Shown here: positions 38,449-48,558 of the stretch, one piece after another
How the letters are laid out: each line of letters starts with the position of its first letter
Numbering within the stretch: the first letter of the stretch is position 1
Assembly (NCBI GenBank): GCA_964405655.1
Contig: CAYOOO010000005.1
Location: 6,335 to 70,334 of the forward strand
Origin: an uncultured Gammaproteobacteria bacterium
GTDB lineage: Bacteria; Patescibacteriota; Microgenomatia; Daviesbacterales; UBA10151
Length of the DNA: 64,000 nt
Reading direction: 5' to 3'
Position numbers and translations under genes: made by a program
Notes under the pieces: generated by a model
Told to the model about the DNA's origin: nothing
Seen by the model: only the letters and a program-made list of their open reading frames with translations
The model's database searches: none

Positions 38449-39118
38449 CATAGTCACCCTCTTTCCCGAAGTCTTTACTCCCATACTAAATACCAGCATA
38501 TTAAGAAGGGCTCAAAAAAAAGGATTGGTGGAGTTTGAAGTTGTAAACTTGCGTGACTTTGCGCCCGGACCTCATCAAATAGTTGATGATCGGCCTTATG
38601 GCGGGGGAGTAGGAATGGTCTTAAAGGCAGATGTTTTAGCTAAAGCTGTCCAAAGTTTACTCAAAAAAGATTCAAAAGCTAAGGTCATCCTCACATCAGC
38701 TTCTGGTAAATCCTTTAATCAAACTCAGGCCAAGTCTTTGGCCAAACTTAAAACCATAATTATCATAGCTGGCCACTATGAGGGAGTTGATCAAAGATTT
38801 ATTGATAAGTACATCTGGAAGGAAATTTCAATTGGGGACTATATTTTAACTGGAGGAGAGATACCAGCCATGGTTTTAGTTGATGCAACTGTTAGGCTCA
38901 TCCCAGGAGTCCTAGAGAAAGAAGAAGCTACTCAAAAAGAAAGCTTTGAACAAGGTTTACTGGAACATCCCCAATACACTAGACCAGAAGAATTTGAAGG
39001 AAGTAAGGTCCCAAAGATTTTACTCTCAGGAAACCATCAAGTAATTGAAAAGTGGCGAGCCAAACAATCTCTAGAAAAAACCAAAAAAATTAGACCAGAT
39101 TTACTAAAAAAGAATTAA
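38438..39118 (+). CDS. trmD: tRNA (guanine37-N1)-methyltransferase.
   Basis: MKISIVTLFPE... DDRPYGGGVGMVLK SPOUT signature. Confidence 0.9.
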   Translation: MKISIVTLFPEVFTPILNTSILRRAQKKGLVEFEVVNLRDFAPGPHQIVDDRPYGGGVGMVLKADVLAKAVQSLLKKDSKAKVILTSASGKSFNQTQAKSLAKLKTIIIIAGHYEGVDQRFIDKYIWKEISIGDYILTGGEIPAMVLVDATVRLIPGVLEKEEATQKESFEQGLLEHPQYTRPEEFEGSKVPKILLSGNHQVIEKWRAKQSLEKTKKIRPDLLKKN

Positions 39119-39151
39119 TATAATTTTCGTGACAAAAAGTCGCGACCGCGA

Positions 39152-39709
39152 TTAGTTGTTCCAATTATAGTATCTTTTAAATATTAGCTTTTCGCCCCGC
39201 TCAATCTCATTAACAGAAGCAATGGTCACAAAATCAGAGATTTCTAAAAAATGGCAAAGGAAATCTATCTCTTTCTTACAGGGATAGGCTGAGGCAAATA
39301 CACTATCTTGTAATCTGACAAATCCTAATTGCAAAAGTTTTCTCCTAAAGACATCTCTAGCATTCTTCTTGATTTCAGGTATATCAAAAATAACAAGTCT
39401 CCATTTACCATCGCGTCTTTTAGTCTTTAGCGTAATATTTTCAAAATCATATTCTAAGAGTCTTCTTTTTCCTTTCTCAGTAATTTCAATTACAGTTTCA
39501 TTACTATTTGATGTTACTGATATCATTTCTTGCTTTTCTAGTCTTTTAATAACTCTTCCTAAATCTCTTTTATTAACATTTTTCCATGCTTTTATAGCTA
39601 CTCCTAAAGCGATTGGTAGGTTAGGAAATAATAGAGACCCAATAACCACACTACCTATTCCAATCATCTGAAGAACCTCTTTTGTAGAAATCTTTGCTGA
39701 TGCCACCAT
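39152..39709 (-). CDS. PaaX-family-like transcriptional regulator.
   Basis: N-terminal wHTH-like segment and GKWRLVIFDIPE...RRKLLQLGFVRLQDSVF, which matches the PaaX C-domain pattern. Confidence 0.4.
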   Translation of the reverse strand: MVASAKISTKEVLQMIGIGSVVIGSLLFPNLPIALGVAIKAWKNVNKRDLGRVIKRLEKQEMISVTSNSNETVIEITEKGKRRLLEYDFENITLKTKRRDGKWRLVIFDIPEIKKNARDVFRRKLLQLGFVRLQDSVFASAYPCKKEIDFLCHFLEISDFVTIASVNEIERGEKLIFKRYYNWNN

Positions 39710-39838
39710 ATAACTAGGATATAGCTAAACTAAGGTAGATACAACTAGTCGCTATAGCGATTTATTGTACAAAAATTAATATTAATCCATTTAATCAAAC
39801 TGAGAATTAGTTAGATATGAAGACTATTTATACTAAAC

Positions 39839-40546
39839 TTACTCAAACGGATCTTTTTTACCTTTTGGTCCACTAGCTACTGTCACAGTAGTAATGGGCG
39901 TAGACCTTTGGGCACTCTTGATTTTAGTTAGGAGATTAACATCTTTCTCATCAAAGGCTGGTAGAGGTTGTTCAACTTCACCAATACTTTTAGGTAGCTC
40001 CTCAAAATAAGCAAGCATTGACATTGATGCTTGGACATCATTAGATTTTCTCAAACCTATAACTTCGATCTTATCCAGTTTTAGAATTCTGGGAATTTTA
40101 GCTAGTTGGGAAATAAAATTTTTAACAGTATCTGTATTACCAGCTATTTCCATTTTGATTTGGAAGCTTTGGATTTTACCAGTATTTGCCGTCACATTTG
40201 AAAAAGAAAGGGCGTTGAGTTTTAAGCGGTTGTTAGAAACCAAAAAGAGTAGTTGCCCAACAGCCCCAGTCACATCTTGGTTATCTGGAAGTGCAGCTAA
40301 AGCGACATCAATATTTTCTTTGTAAACATTTTGGTCAATTTGCTGGAGGCTATTTAATTTATCTGACAGGATAGTTTGCTTTTGTTTTGTCTCCTCTAAA
40401 GTTTTATTGACAGTTAAATATCTTATGAATTGAGGAATAACTACAAAGATTAATAAAATCAAACAAACAAGAACTGATCCAACAGGCAGAATAAATATTC
40501 TATATTTCTCAGGGACTATATTTTTAAAAGGTAGCTTCTCTAGCAT
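39839..40546 (-). CDS. pilO: Type IV pilus assembly protein PilO-like.
   Basis: Single N-terminal TM plus coiled coil; position after pilM-pilN. Confidence 0.55.
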   Translation of the reverse strand: MLEKLPFKNIVPEKYRIFILPVGSVLVCLILLIFVVIPQFIRYLTVNKTLEETKQKQTILSDKLNSLQQIDQNVYKENIDVALAALPDNQDVTGAVGQLLFLVSNNRLKLNALSFSNVTANTGKIQSFQIKMEIAGNTDTVKNFISQLAKIPRILKLDKIEVIGLRKSNDVQASMSMLAYFEELPKSIGEVEQPLPAFDEKDVNLLTKIKSAQRSTPITTVTVASGPKGKKDPFE

Positions 40547-40553
40547 AATATCT

Positions 40554-41117
40554 TTACTGAGTAAAACTGGCTTTTGATAAGACTACTGTTAACTCAAATC
40601 TGATTACACTAGTAGGGCTTCTATTAAGATTCTCTACCTTAGTAGAAACTATTTTACCCTGATGCTCAGATGGGTTTGTTAACTTGTTAAAAAAAGTCTG
40701 GAGCGATTTGGTGCTAGTAGTTTCACCTGTCAGACTGATAATATCTTTTTTACTGTTATTGAAACTAATTAGAATCATATCTTTGGGCATAAGTTCAGTT
40801 ACCAAGTTAAATGACTGAGATTGCAAAATTCCTGCTGAGGTTAGAGATTTAATCCCATCAAGTCTATCTTTTAAGACAAAGGTTAAACCTTCATGCCTTT
40901 TATAAGTAGCAATCTTTTCCTTAATCTGAGAAATCTGACTTTCAGTATTTCTGATCGAAAAGTTATCACTTAAACTCAAAAACAACACAATTGCAGCAAC
41001 TGCAACAGTAAATACTAAAAGTCCAATACTGATTTGCAAAACCAGTGATTTTTTGGCTTCTTCTCTTTTGGCCAGTGTTAAATCTATCGGTAGTAAATTA
41101 ATATTTATCTGGTTCAT
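40554..41117 (-). CDS. pilN: Type IV pilus assembly protein PilN-like.
   Basis: Single TM after a short N-terminus; overlaps pilM. Confidence 0.6.
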   Translation of the reverse strand: MNQININLLPIDLTLAKREEAKKSLVLQISIGLLVFTVAVAAIVLFLSLSDNFSIRNTESQISQIKEKIATYKRHEGLTFVLKDRLDGIKSLTSAGILQSQSFNLVTELMPKDMILISFNNSKKDIISLTGETTSTKSLQTFFNKLTNPSEHQGKIVSTKVENLNRSPTSVIRFELTVVLSKASFTQ

Positions 41118-42151
41118 TCTTCTTTCATCCCCAGGCCTACGGCCACTGCATAAAAAGGTCCTTCAGTCGCAAGCTTATTTTTAACACTTTGGTCAACGTT
41201 AACTGCCGTCCAAGGATCTGCCTCTTGAACCTCCAAGCCTAAAGAATCAGCAAAATATTTAACCATCCCAGGCAATTGGGCTCCACCTCCTGTTAAAATT
41301 ATTCTTTTAACAGAAAGTTGTCTGTTTTGAGTTTCATGAGCTTGAATAACTCTTTTAGTTTCAGCGATTATCACATCTACTATTGGTTTGAGAGACTGAA
41401 AGAGCTTACCTTCAAGCTGATCTTCCAAAAGTCCGTAAACCTTTTTATATTCCTCTGCCTGGATCAGCTCAAAATTAAAACTTTGAGCTATGGCCCGGGT
41501 CAGCGCAACACCGCCAGTAGAAATTGATCTTGTCAAAAGAATTAAATTTTCTGAGATAACTGCAAAGTCCGTGGTGGTTGCACCAAGTTGGACAATTAAA
41601 GAAGTAGGGGAGTAAGGATTAGTACCTACCAGAGATCTCGTCACTGCAATTAGTTCAGTCTCAATTGAAATAGGTTTTAACTCAGCCATTTGCATCAATT
41701 TAAGGTATTTGTTAATCAATATTTTGGGAGTAGCTACTACAAAAACTACGGTCCTACTCTTTGGTCCTTTTTCGCTCGAGCGGTAGATGACTTGATAATT
41801 TAAGTTAACATCTTGAACAGGCATTGGTACAAATTCCTCAGCTGCGTAAGGGATGGCTTGGGCCAACTCTTCATTTGTTAAATAAGGTAGGTCATAAACA
41901 ACCCTTGTAAAGATCTTTGATTCTGGAAGGGCGATATAAACCTCTCGGGTTGGAGCGCTAATTTCGTTCATTAAATTTTTAATTGAAATAGCAACTGCTT
42001 CTAAATCCAAATCTGCGTCTGAAGCAATGCCCGGTTGGGGAGAAGCAATATGACCCAAAGATAAAAGCTTGGGTGGTTTTTGTTTGTGAGATAAAACTAC
42101 TACTTTGATTGATGAAAAACCTATATCAAGACCAACTTTTTCTTGGGGCAT
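41114..42151 (-). CDS. pilM: Type IV pilus assembly ATPase-like PilM (actin fold).
   Basis: GLDIGFSSIKVVVL N-terminus; ILTGGGAQLPGM. Confidence 0.8.
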   Translation of the reverse strand: MPQEKVGLDIGFSSIKVVVLSHKQKPPKLLSLGHIASPQPGIASDADLDLEAVAISIKNLMNEISAPTREVYIALPESKIFTRVVYDLPYLTNEELAQAIPYAAEEFVPMPVQDVNLNYQVIYRSSEKGPKSRTVVFVVATPKILINKYLKLMQMAELKPISIETELIAVTRSLVGTNPYSPTSLIVQLGATTTDFAVISENLILLTRSISTGGVALTRAIAQSFNFELIQAEEYKKVYGLLEDQLEGKLFQSLKPIVDVIIAETKRVIQAHETQNRQLSVKRIILTGGGAQLPGMVKYFADSLGLEVQEADPWTAVNVDQSVKNKLATEGPFYAVAVGLGMKEE

Positions 42152-42236
42152 GTTTACAGTATAAAATATGTGCCGGCTTTTTTGGTAGTAGAAACTTCAT
42201 CAGCAAATAAAAGGATGACCATAAAAAGCCGAAAAT

Positions 42237-44051
42237 CTACTTACTTTGATAAGAACCCTTGATAACAGAATAGGAGCCTGAAGGTCCTGAGGTGAAAAAC
42301 GATGAAGCTAGTCCTTGATCATAATTAACCGTGACACTGTTCTCCAGTTCTAACTCCCAACCTGTTATCTCAGTCAAGGTATTGCTGTTTGAGATATGAA
42401 TACTGCCTAAATTTGAATAAAGTACGCCCTGGTTACCACTATTTGAAACAGTAATAGCTTTTCTATCTAGAGGATCATCCCTTGAGTTAAACTCAGAAAT
42501 TGCCACCAAGTAGCTGCCAGGAGTACCACTGCCCAGTAATTTATTACTATTTTGCAAATTTATAAAATTATCAACAATAATTGAGCCACTAGCAGAGCCA
42601 TATGAAGAATCAAGTTTAAACTCAGTTGAATTGGTCATTGTCAAATCTCCGGTAATCCAAATTGGAGTTTTAACAGTTTCTTTACAGGTATTAGCTAAAG
42701 ATATGCTACCTGTATATTTCCCAGGACCCCAGACAGTTTGATTATTGCAATCTGGAGTAGGCAAGGATCCAGCATCTTGGGCTTGTTGTTTCCACTCATC
42801 AATATTAGCCTGGGATATGGGCATAGTAAGGACAACAGGGTCAGTACTGCCAGGATGACAATGAGTGTTATTTGTACAATTTTGACCAGAGACAGTATTT
42901 GAGGATTCGACTTGATAATAAGCATCTTTGCCAATTGTTAACCCAGTCAGTGTATTAGCATGAGCATCTCCGGTAATTTGGGGGCTGTTTGTACCAGTTA
43001 TAGAAGTTGCCACTCCTCCCATAAAGGTTTTAAAACCCAAATCCCCATTGATAGTATTCCAAACAGGTGAGGAGGCCTGCCAATTTGGCGACCATTTAGC
43101 CAGACATGGTGGGGTAGAGGAGCAAGTATATCCTTGGGTTGTATCAGAAGACCAAGACCAATAATTGCTTGAATTAGCTGTTGTATCTAACATTATCCAA
43201 TAATAGGTATTGGCAGACAGCTGAGGAGAGGTGGTAAAACCTACCTCGACAAAAGAATACTGGGAAGTCACTAAATTAGCAGAAAGTGTCCCTGAGGCTT
43301 TGACATCATTTTTGTTTGGTTTACCAGAGCTGTCCCCTAAAATTCTAACAGTTATGTTTGAGGGAGAACCAAATTTCTTTAATTTCAAAGCAACTTTATT
43401 GATGACTGCTGTCTGGGTTGGTTTAAAGCTTTGGGCTATATCCAACTCAGCACCGGAGTTTTTACCAAATACAAAATCCCCACAATTTGGATCTGTACAT
43501 TCCCACATCTGATCAGGGGTAGGTTGAACTCCACCTGCAACATAAGCATCACCATTTATTTTGGCGCTATTAGACATAGTTATACTTCCATTTGAATAGA
43601 CCGAACCATTAACAGTGGCGCTATTTTCCATCTCCAGTCCACCATCACCAACCTGCACTCCATAATTAAAGGAAACACCAACTCCTTTGGAAACTGTCAA
43701 CTCAATTGTTTTTTTGTTTTTGGCATTAGCTTTATTAGGATAGTAACCAGTGGCTTGGATTTTTTTTGTTCCTGCATCAACACTGGTGATATTTAAGGTG
43801 AATGTCCCCCCTCCAATTGCTACTTCGGTATCAGGATTGGGATTAAAACTACCTCCTGAGGCATTGAGTGCTGCAACTGCTTTATCAACCCCTGCTTCTG
43901 CCAAATTAATTGCCTGCAGCGTTCCTGTTGAGTATTTAGAACTCTGAAAGACTGTCAGAGAGCCTGAAAGCAGGGCAACTGTTAGCACTAAAACTAGTGT
44001 TAAAATTATAAAAGCTATAATCACCAGCTGACCTCTTTGTCTGTTAATCAT
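42237..44051 (-). CDS. Large PilX_N-domain pilus-associated protein (604 aa), a candidate tip or adhesin component.
   Basis: MINRQRGQLVIIAFIILTLVLVL N-terminus; a long Ser/Thr/Asn/Gly-rich beta domain. Confidence 0.5.
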   Translation of the reverse strand: MINRQRGQLVIIAFIILTLVLVLTVALLSGSLTVFQSSKYSTGTLQAINLAEAGVDKAVAALNASGGSFNPNPDTEVAIGGGTFTLNITSVDAGTKKIQATGYYPNKANAKNKKTIELTVSKGVGVSFNYGVQVGDGGLEMENSATVNGSVYSNGSITMSNSAKINGDAYVAGGVQPTPDQMWECTDPNCGDFVFGKNSGAELDIAQSFKPTQTAVINKVALKLKKFGSPSNITVRILGDSSGKPNKNDVKASGTLSANLVTSQYSFVEVGFTTSPQLSANTYYWIMLDTTANSSNYWSWSSDTTQGYTCSSTPPCLAKWSPNWQASSPVWNTINGDLGFKTFMGGVATSITGTNSPQITGDAHANTLTGLTIGKDAYYQVESSNTVSGQNCTNNTHCHPGSTDPVVLTMPISQANIDEWKQQAQDAGSLPTPDCNNQTVWGPGKYTGSISLANTCKETVKTPIWITGDLTMTNSTEFKLDSSYGSASGSIIVDNFINLQNSNKLLGSGTPGSYLVAISEFNSRDDPLDRKAITVSNSGNQGVLYSNLGSIHISNSNTLTEITGWELELENSVTVNYDQGLASSFFTSGPSGSYSVIKGSYQSK

Positions 44052-44613
44052 TACGCAAATTTACTTGACCACTGACGCTACTTTCTTGGGTTTCTTGGTT
44101 GACTGTCCGGGCAACTTTGGCAATAAAGTTAACTGAGCTTGCAGCTTGTGGGCTGACAATATTGGAATTTTGATCATAGTAGCTGAAGGTCAGTGAAGAA
44201 AGCTGGGTTGTCAGCAGCCTATTTTCACTCTGCCTGCTACTTAATGCATCAGGGAAAATTTTTTTCCTTAAAAGTTTAGCATTTTGGCTATCTTGAGTGA
44301 TCACTAAGTAGTCATAGGTATTAGCTATGACTGAGCCTGAGGCATTTACAGAAGGCAGGGTTAAAACTAGCGTCTGGGGACCACTAGTATAAGTAGTTAC
44401 ACCACCTACAAAACTTACTGCAACAGACGAAGCATTTCTGATAGAGTCATAGATCTGGGAAGAAATTTGGTTGGTATCCAATCCTTGCTCAACCTGAGCA
44501 CTTTCTCTTAAAAAAAATGCATTGTTTTGGACAAAAATTCTAACCAGTATTATTCCTACTAGCGAGGCAACCCCAATATAAATAAGTACCTCAAGTAAAC
44601 TGATCCCTTTCAC
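44044..44613 (-). CDS. Minor pilin-like protein (class III signal MKG|ISLLEV).
   Basis: G-1/E+5 prepilin motif plus a hydrophobic helix. Confidence 0.6.
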   Translation of the reverse strand: MKGISLLEVLIYIGVASLVGIILVRIFVQNNAFFLRESAQVEQGLDTNQISSQIYDSIRNASSVAVSFVGGVTTYTSGPQTLVLTLPSVNASGSVIANTYDYLVITQDSQNAKLLRKKIFPDALSSRQSENRLLTTQLSSLTFSYYDQNSNIVSPQAASSVNFIAKVARTVNQETQESSVSGQVNLRND

Positions 44614-45032
44614 TTAAGACCTCCATCTGCTATTAAGGTAGTTATCTCCACCTTTTTGGTTTCGCTTTTTTCCTGCCAGGTAACCTTGGCAGTAACTTTT
44701 TTAGCAGCTTCAGAAAGGCTACAAACATCAACTGGACAGTCAGTAATAATATAAACAGCCTGACCTTGCGGAAGAGAACTTATTCTTAAGTCATTGATTT
44801 GAGGTGGGGGGTCGGAGGTATTCGCTAGGTTTGTATAGGTCTGCCTTCTTAAATCCTCAATCTTTTTAACTGCAATATCCTTGGCAACAGATTCTTTTCG
44901 GCTGTTTCCGATCCAATTAAAAGCTGAAGGCAGGTTAGACAACACGACAATAGCAGCCCCGGCAATCAGAGTTACTATCAAAATCTCAACTAAAGAGAAG
45001 CCTTTTTGGTTATCGGGCAGTACTGGACTCAT
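44610..45032 (-). CDS. Minor pilin-like protein (QKG|FSLVEILIV).
   Basis: Prepilin cleavage motif with E+5. Confidence 0.65.
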   Translation of the reverse strand: MSPVLPDNQKGFSLVEILIVTLIAGAAIVVLSNLPSAFNWIGNSRKESVAKDIAVKKIEDLRRQTYTNLANTSDPPPQINDLRISSLPQGQAVYIITDCPVDVCSLSEAAKKVTAKVTWQEKSETKKVEITTLIADGGLK

Positions 45033-45943
45033 TTCTCAATATTGACAGTGGAGAAGATGGCAAAATCGAATATCTGGGGAACAACATTTTCTTGTCTGAA
45101 TACTTTAACAGTTCTTTGGCTTTGTCCAGACTTACCAGTCGAGGTAAATACTTTTGCCTGTACTGGCAATGTGCAAAGCAATGCACCACAGCTTCCCACA
45201 GGCTTGATTGCAATTGGGTGATCCTCACCAGAATTAGCATAAAATAACCTGGTTCTAATTAAGACAGGAGTACCGTATGTATTGATATTGTTAATTGTTG
45301 CCATACATCTAAATAAACGATCAGTCACAGTAGTATTAGGGGAATCTGAGGTATTAATCTGATCAGGTAAGGGCGCATTACAAGCCGGGTCTGAAAAGCC
45401 ATTATTGATTCTTCTGGTAGAAATTGGATCAAAATAAAACTTGTTGGAAACAAACGCAGAGCCTGATAGGGAAATTAGGTTAACCTCTATGGCCGGTGTA
45501 TTAATGGCATTTATATCTGATCTTAAATCTTTATCTCCCCAATACACTCTTAAACTGGTGCCACCGTATAAATTAGCATCAACTGCACCTGGAGAAGAAG
45601 GATTGGATAACCAAAAATGACCAACTTCTTCTCTGGTCAATTCAGGCAACTCTAAAGCCTGACCAGTACCTGGTAGGTTAAAGGTAATCTTAACGTTAAA
45701 GGCAGAGTTATTATCAAGTTGATAATTGTTAATATCTGAAAGTGAACCTTGACTTTCCAAAGAGATCGCTCTTTCAATGCCTGCTTCCGCTGCAGAGAAG
45801 GCCCGGGTTGATTGGTCTGTTTGAGTTGAGGTGGTTACATCTGTCAAAGACCGCTGGATAACTGCCAAACCAATTGCCAAAATAACTAACATTGCTAGTA
45901 GTAAAACAATCACCGCTTGTCCAACCTCTTTATTTGTTCTCAT
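45029..45943 (-). CDS. PilX-like minor pilin/assembly protein.
   Basis: VGQAVIVLLLAMLVILAIGLAV, a PilX_N-type N-terminus. Confidence 0.55.
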   Translation of the reverse strand: MRTNKEVGQAVIVLLLAMLVILAIGLAVIQRSLTDVTTSTQTDQSTRAFSAAEAGIERAISLESQGSLSDINNYQLDNNSAFNVKITFNLPGTGQALELPELTREEVGHFWLSNPSSPGAVDANLYGGTSLRVYWGDKDLRSDINAINTPAIEVNLISLSGSAFVSNKFYFDPISTRRINNGFSDPACNAPLPDQINTSDSPNTTVTDRLFRCMATINNINTYGTPVLIRTRLFYANSGEDHPIAIKPVGSCGALLCTLPVQAKVFTSTGKSGQSQRTVKVFRQENVVPQIFDFAIFSTVNIEK

Positions 45944-45983
45944 ATACTTAATTATTGATTCTTTTCCAACTAATATTCAACAT

Positions 45984-46733
45984 TTATCTTAGTTCGATAG
46001 TAGTTTGAAACTCAATGGTGTTATCAGACCCGACTTTATCTTCAAAACTGCTACCAGCATTTATAGCAGGTGATAATCTGAAATTTATTACCACAATATC
46101 CTTAAATCCTTGCTGTTTATAGACTTTGAAGTATGGATCTGAAATACCAGGATTAGACGTACTATTGGGTACAGAGACACCTCTGCCTGTGTCGCGATCA
46201 GTCAAGTAAGTAGGCGTCTCATAACTACCTACTGAAGGAGAACATAAGATTAGCAAAGATGCTTCATCACTAGGGTTTGATACAACTGGTTCTTCTTCAA
46301 CTATAAAACCATTTGAGGAGGCTGTTGGATCAACAAACCTGAATCTTATGTATTTACTCCCCTGGACACCCACGCTAGAGGAAGGAGAGGCTTTTGTTCT
46401 AATTGTTATGATCTTAGCTGGAGTTGAATCTGTCGGGCAGATTACCCCGTCAGCCTGTCTGATTGCCCGGTCAATCACATTTAAAGCTGATTGACCATTT
46501 TGTTTGATAGTTCCTATAAGCTGACTCTTGTCACTACCTCGGAAAGTTCGGGATAAAATACCGCTTAGAATTACTCCAATAGTGGCAAAGATAATCACAA
46601 CCAGTAGCGTCTCAATTAATGTAAATCCATTTTTAACTTGGACAGATTTCGACAAAGCTTGATCTGTTACAAAAGTCTTTCTACGAAATCGTCCATTCAT
46701 AACTCTTATGCTCCCATTATTAATAGTTGGCAA
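45984..46733 (-). CDS. Minor pilin-like protein (KNG|FTLIETLLVV).
   Basis: Prepilin motif. Confidence 0.6.
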   Translation of the reverse strand: MPTINNGSIRVMNGRFRRKTFVTDQALSKSVQVKNGFTLIETLLVVIIFATIGVILSGILSRTFRGSDKSQLIGTIKQNGQSALNVIDRAIRQADGVICPTDSTPAKIITIRTKASPSSSVGVQGSKYIRFRFVDPTASSNGFIVEEEPVVSNPSDEASLLILCSPSVGSYETPTYLTDRDTGRGVSVPNSTSNPGISDPYFKVYKQQGFKDIVVINFRLSPAINAGSSFEDKVGSDNTIEFQTTIELR

Positions 46734-47253
46734 GTATTGTTACTAGTTCTGAGCTGTGTTTGCCTGAAACATCTGACCAAAAAACCCTTGAGAAAACTTG
46801 CTTTTGTTTGGTGCCGTCATCTATATCTTTAATAACTATCTCCCTAGTGAACCCATCACTAATTTGTTCAAGAGAACTACTTTCTAACAGCCAAAACGGG
46901 CTATCAGGAGCTAGCGCTACCGGACAAGAGCCGATGCTTGCTTGGGTCAAAACAAATTTACAGCCTACCGGACAGATATTGGAAGTCGACCAAAGCTCGC
47001 TAAATTTAGCCACTGAGGTCACACTAGGCTTACAAACTGCATAGTCACGACCTTTGATCGCCCTGACTCTTTCCAAGCCTTCCTGAGCATATTTGGTGGC
47101 CTTAACTTGATCTTTAGAAAAGCGGCTATTTTTAAGGCTTAAAATCGTAGTTAAAGTTAGGGCTGTAACTACTATCACTATCAAACCAATAGTTACAGTA
47201 ATCTCAAGCAGGGACTGACCCTTTTGGCTAAATCTATCTTTAGTTTTCTGCAT
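46720..47253 (-). CDS. Pseudopilin-like protein (KG|QSLLEITV).
   Basis: G-1, E+5, hydrophobic helix. Confidence 0.55.
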   Translation of the reverse strand: MQKTKDRFSQKGQSLLEITVTIGLIVIVVTALTLTTILSLKNSRFSKDQVKATKYAQEGLERVRAIKGRDYAVCKPSVTSVAKFSELWSTSNICPVGCKFVLTQASIGSCPVALAPDSPFWLLESSSLEQISDGFTREIVIKDIDDGTKQKQVFSRVFWSDVSGKHSSELVTILANY

Positions 47254-47827
47254 TAATTACCCCTCCTTTATTTATTGTAATGGTTTTTGTTTGAGAAAGA
47301 GCATTGGTATTTTGCAAAGTTATGGTACAGTTTTGAGTTGAGCCGGATCTTTCGAAAACAACTTCAGTACCGCAATCAAAAGTTTGGACTGTTATCTTAT
47401 TATCCAGCTGATATTGCTGTTTTAAAATATCTGCGTCAGAATTGTCATTATTAACACAGGTTGCCCTTAACTGGTAAACACCTGTGGAAATACTTAAAGA
47501 GACTTTCCAGTTTTTGGTATGAGTATCTTTCCTAGCTGTTGTATCAGGGTCAGTATCAGACGGACAGGAAATTGAGGTTTGGGCATTTGATTGGGCTTGT
47601 TTTAAAACTTGAGCCAGTTTAGAAGTCTCGTTTTGAAGCAAAATATCTTCATTGAATTTCTTAATGTTGGGAATAGCAACAACAGTTACTATAGCTAAAA
47701 TTGCAATAGCTACCAAAATCTCCACCAGTGTAAAACCACTTTGGCCTGGACCAATTTGGTCATCATTCAAGTTGTTACAGTAGTTCCTACTACCAAATTG
47801 TCCGCTATATAACTTAAGTTTTCCCAT
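47240..47827 (-). CDS. Minor pilin-like protein (QSG|FTLVEILVAIAI).
   Basis: Prepilin motif. Confidence 0.6.
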   Translation of the reverse strand: MGKLKLYSGQFGSRNYCNNLNDDQIGPGQSGFTLVEILVAIAILAIVTVVAIPNIKKFNEDILLQNETSKLAQVLKQAQSNAQTSISCPSDTDPDTTARKDTHTKNWKVSLSISTGVYQLRATCVNNDNSDADILKQQYQLDNKITVQTFDCGTEVVFERSGSTQNCTITLQNTNALSQTKTITINKGGVINAEN

Positions 47828-47829
47828 AT

Positions 47830-47996
47830 TTTTATAAGCTTCCGCGTAATGAAAGTACGCGGTTTTCTATGATTTTAAGCTTAAACCGCTTCGTGACCCA
47901 TTAGCCGCGGAAGCTTGAAACCTTACTTCGCCTACATCCCCGGTCTAATAGACCGGGGTTTTGGCGAAGCGGTTATAATAATCAACTCTTCATTGA
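47830..47996. ncRNA. Structured GC-rich intergenic element between two pilin genes. It has nested long-range pairings (AAGCTTCCGCG/CGCGGAAGCTT; AACCGCTTCG/CGAAGCGGTT), a competing local hairpin (CCGCGTA-ATGAAAG-TACGCGG) and a terminator-like hairpin (CCCCGGTCTaatAGACCGGGG, then TTTT) oriented on the + strand. Candidate sRNA or cis-regulatory RNA.
   Basis: Pairings read directly from the sequence. The GC content is far above the surroundings. Confidence 0.3.
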
Positions 47997-48506
47997 CTAG
48001 AGCGGACTAAGCTTTAAATTGAAACTGCTATTTCCACAGACGTTGTTGCAGTCAGAATCCTGGGAATACTGGCCCTCTAATTTGGCACAAAGAACATAGT
48101 ACTGGCACCTACCAACCCCAGATAAGTTATTGTCACATGCTGTAACTAAATCATTTTTAGTAAAAGCTTTATAACAGTAAGCAGGGTTAGTAGAAACTGG
48201 ATCAGAAGGAATTTTAGAGATGTAAGTTCGATCAGCAGTGCAACTGGGTACAGTCGGATCGATACCGTCACAGTTGGTAAAAGTTCCACTGGCAGGAAAG
48301 GTATAAACTGGGGAAGGGAAATAACCCAGATCTGCATAATAGTACTGCAAGGCTGCTTGAATTGTTTTTAAGTCAGACTGCCTTTGGGTGTCTCTGGCGC
48401 TTCGCTGTATCCCAACAGAGGAGGTAATTATTACTCCAAAAACAATCCCAATTATGGCAATTGACACCAGCAGTTCAATCAGGGTGAAACCTAAGTTTTT
48501 GGGCAT
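47997..48506 (-). CDS. Type IV pilin (MPKNLG|FTLIELLVSIAI).
   Basis: Short leader, G-1, F+1, E+5. Confidence 0.75.
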   Translation of the reverse strand: MPKNLGFTLIELLVSIAIIGIVFGVIITSSVGIQRSARDTQRQSDLKTIQAALQYYYADLGYFPSPVYTFPASGTFTNCDGIDPTVPSCTADRTYISKIPSDPVSTNPAYCYKAFTKNDLVTACDNNLSGVGRCQYYVLCAKLEGQYSQDSDCNNVCGNSSFNLKLSPL

Positions 48507-48558
48507 TAAAACTATTTTGTCACTAATTTGGGTTCAAAACAAGAGAGTCAAGAAAGAA

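Noticed and set aside
39152-39709. Cas2-like pattern (LVIFDIPE...R...L...GF.R.Q.SVF), suggesting a CRISPR adaptation gene.
   Set aside because: The same pattern fits the PaaX C-domain, the protein is ~185 aa with an N-terminal HTH-like region, and no cas genes or repeats are nearby.
47830-47996. Considered as SRP (4.5S) RNA because of a GGAAGC segment.
   Set aside because: It lacks the conserved domain IV motif (GGAAGCAGCC / GNAR loop context) and is the wrong length. It is kept as an unclassified structured element.
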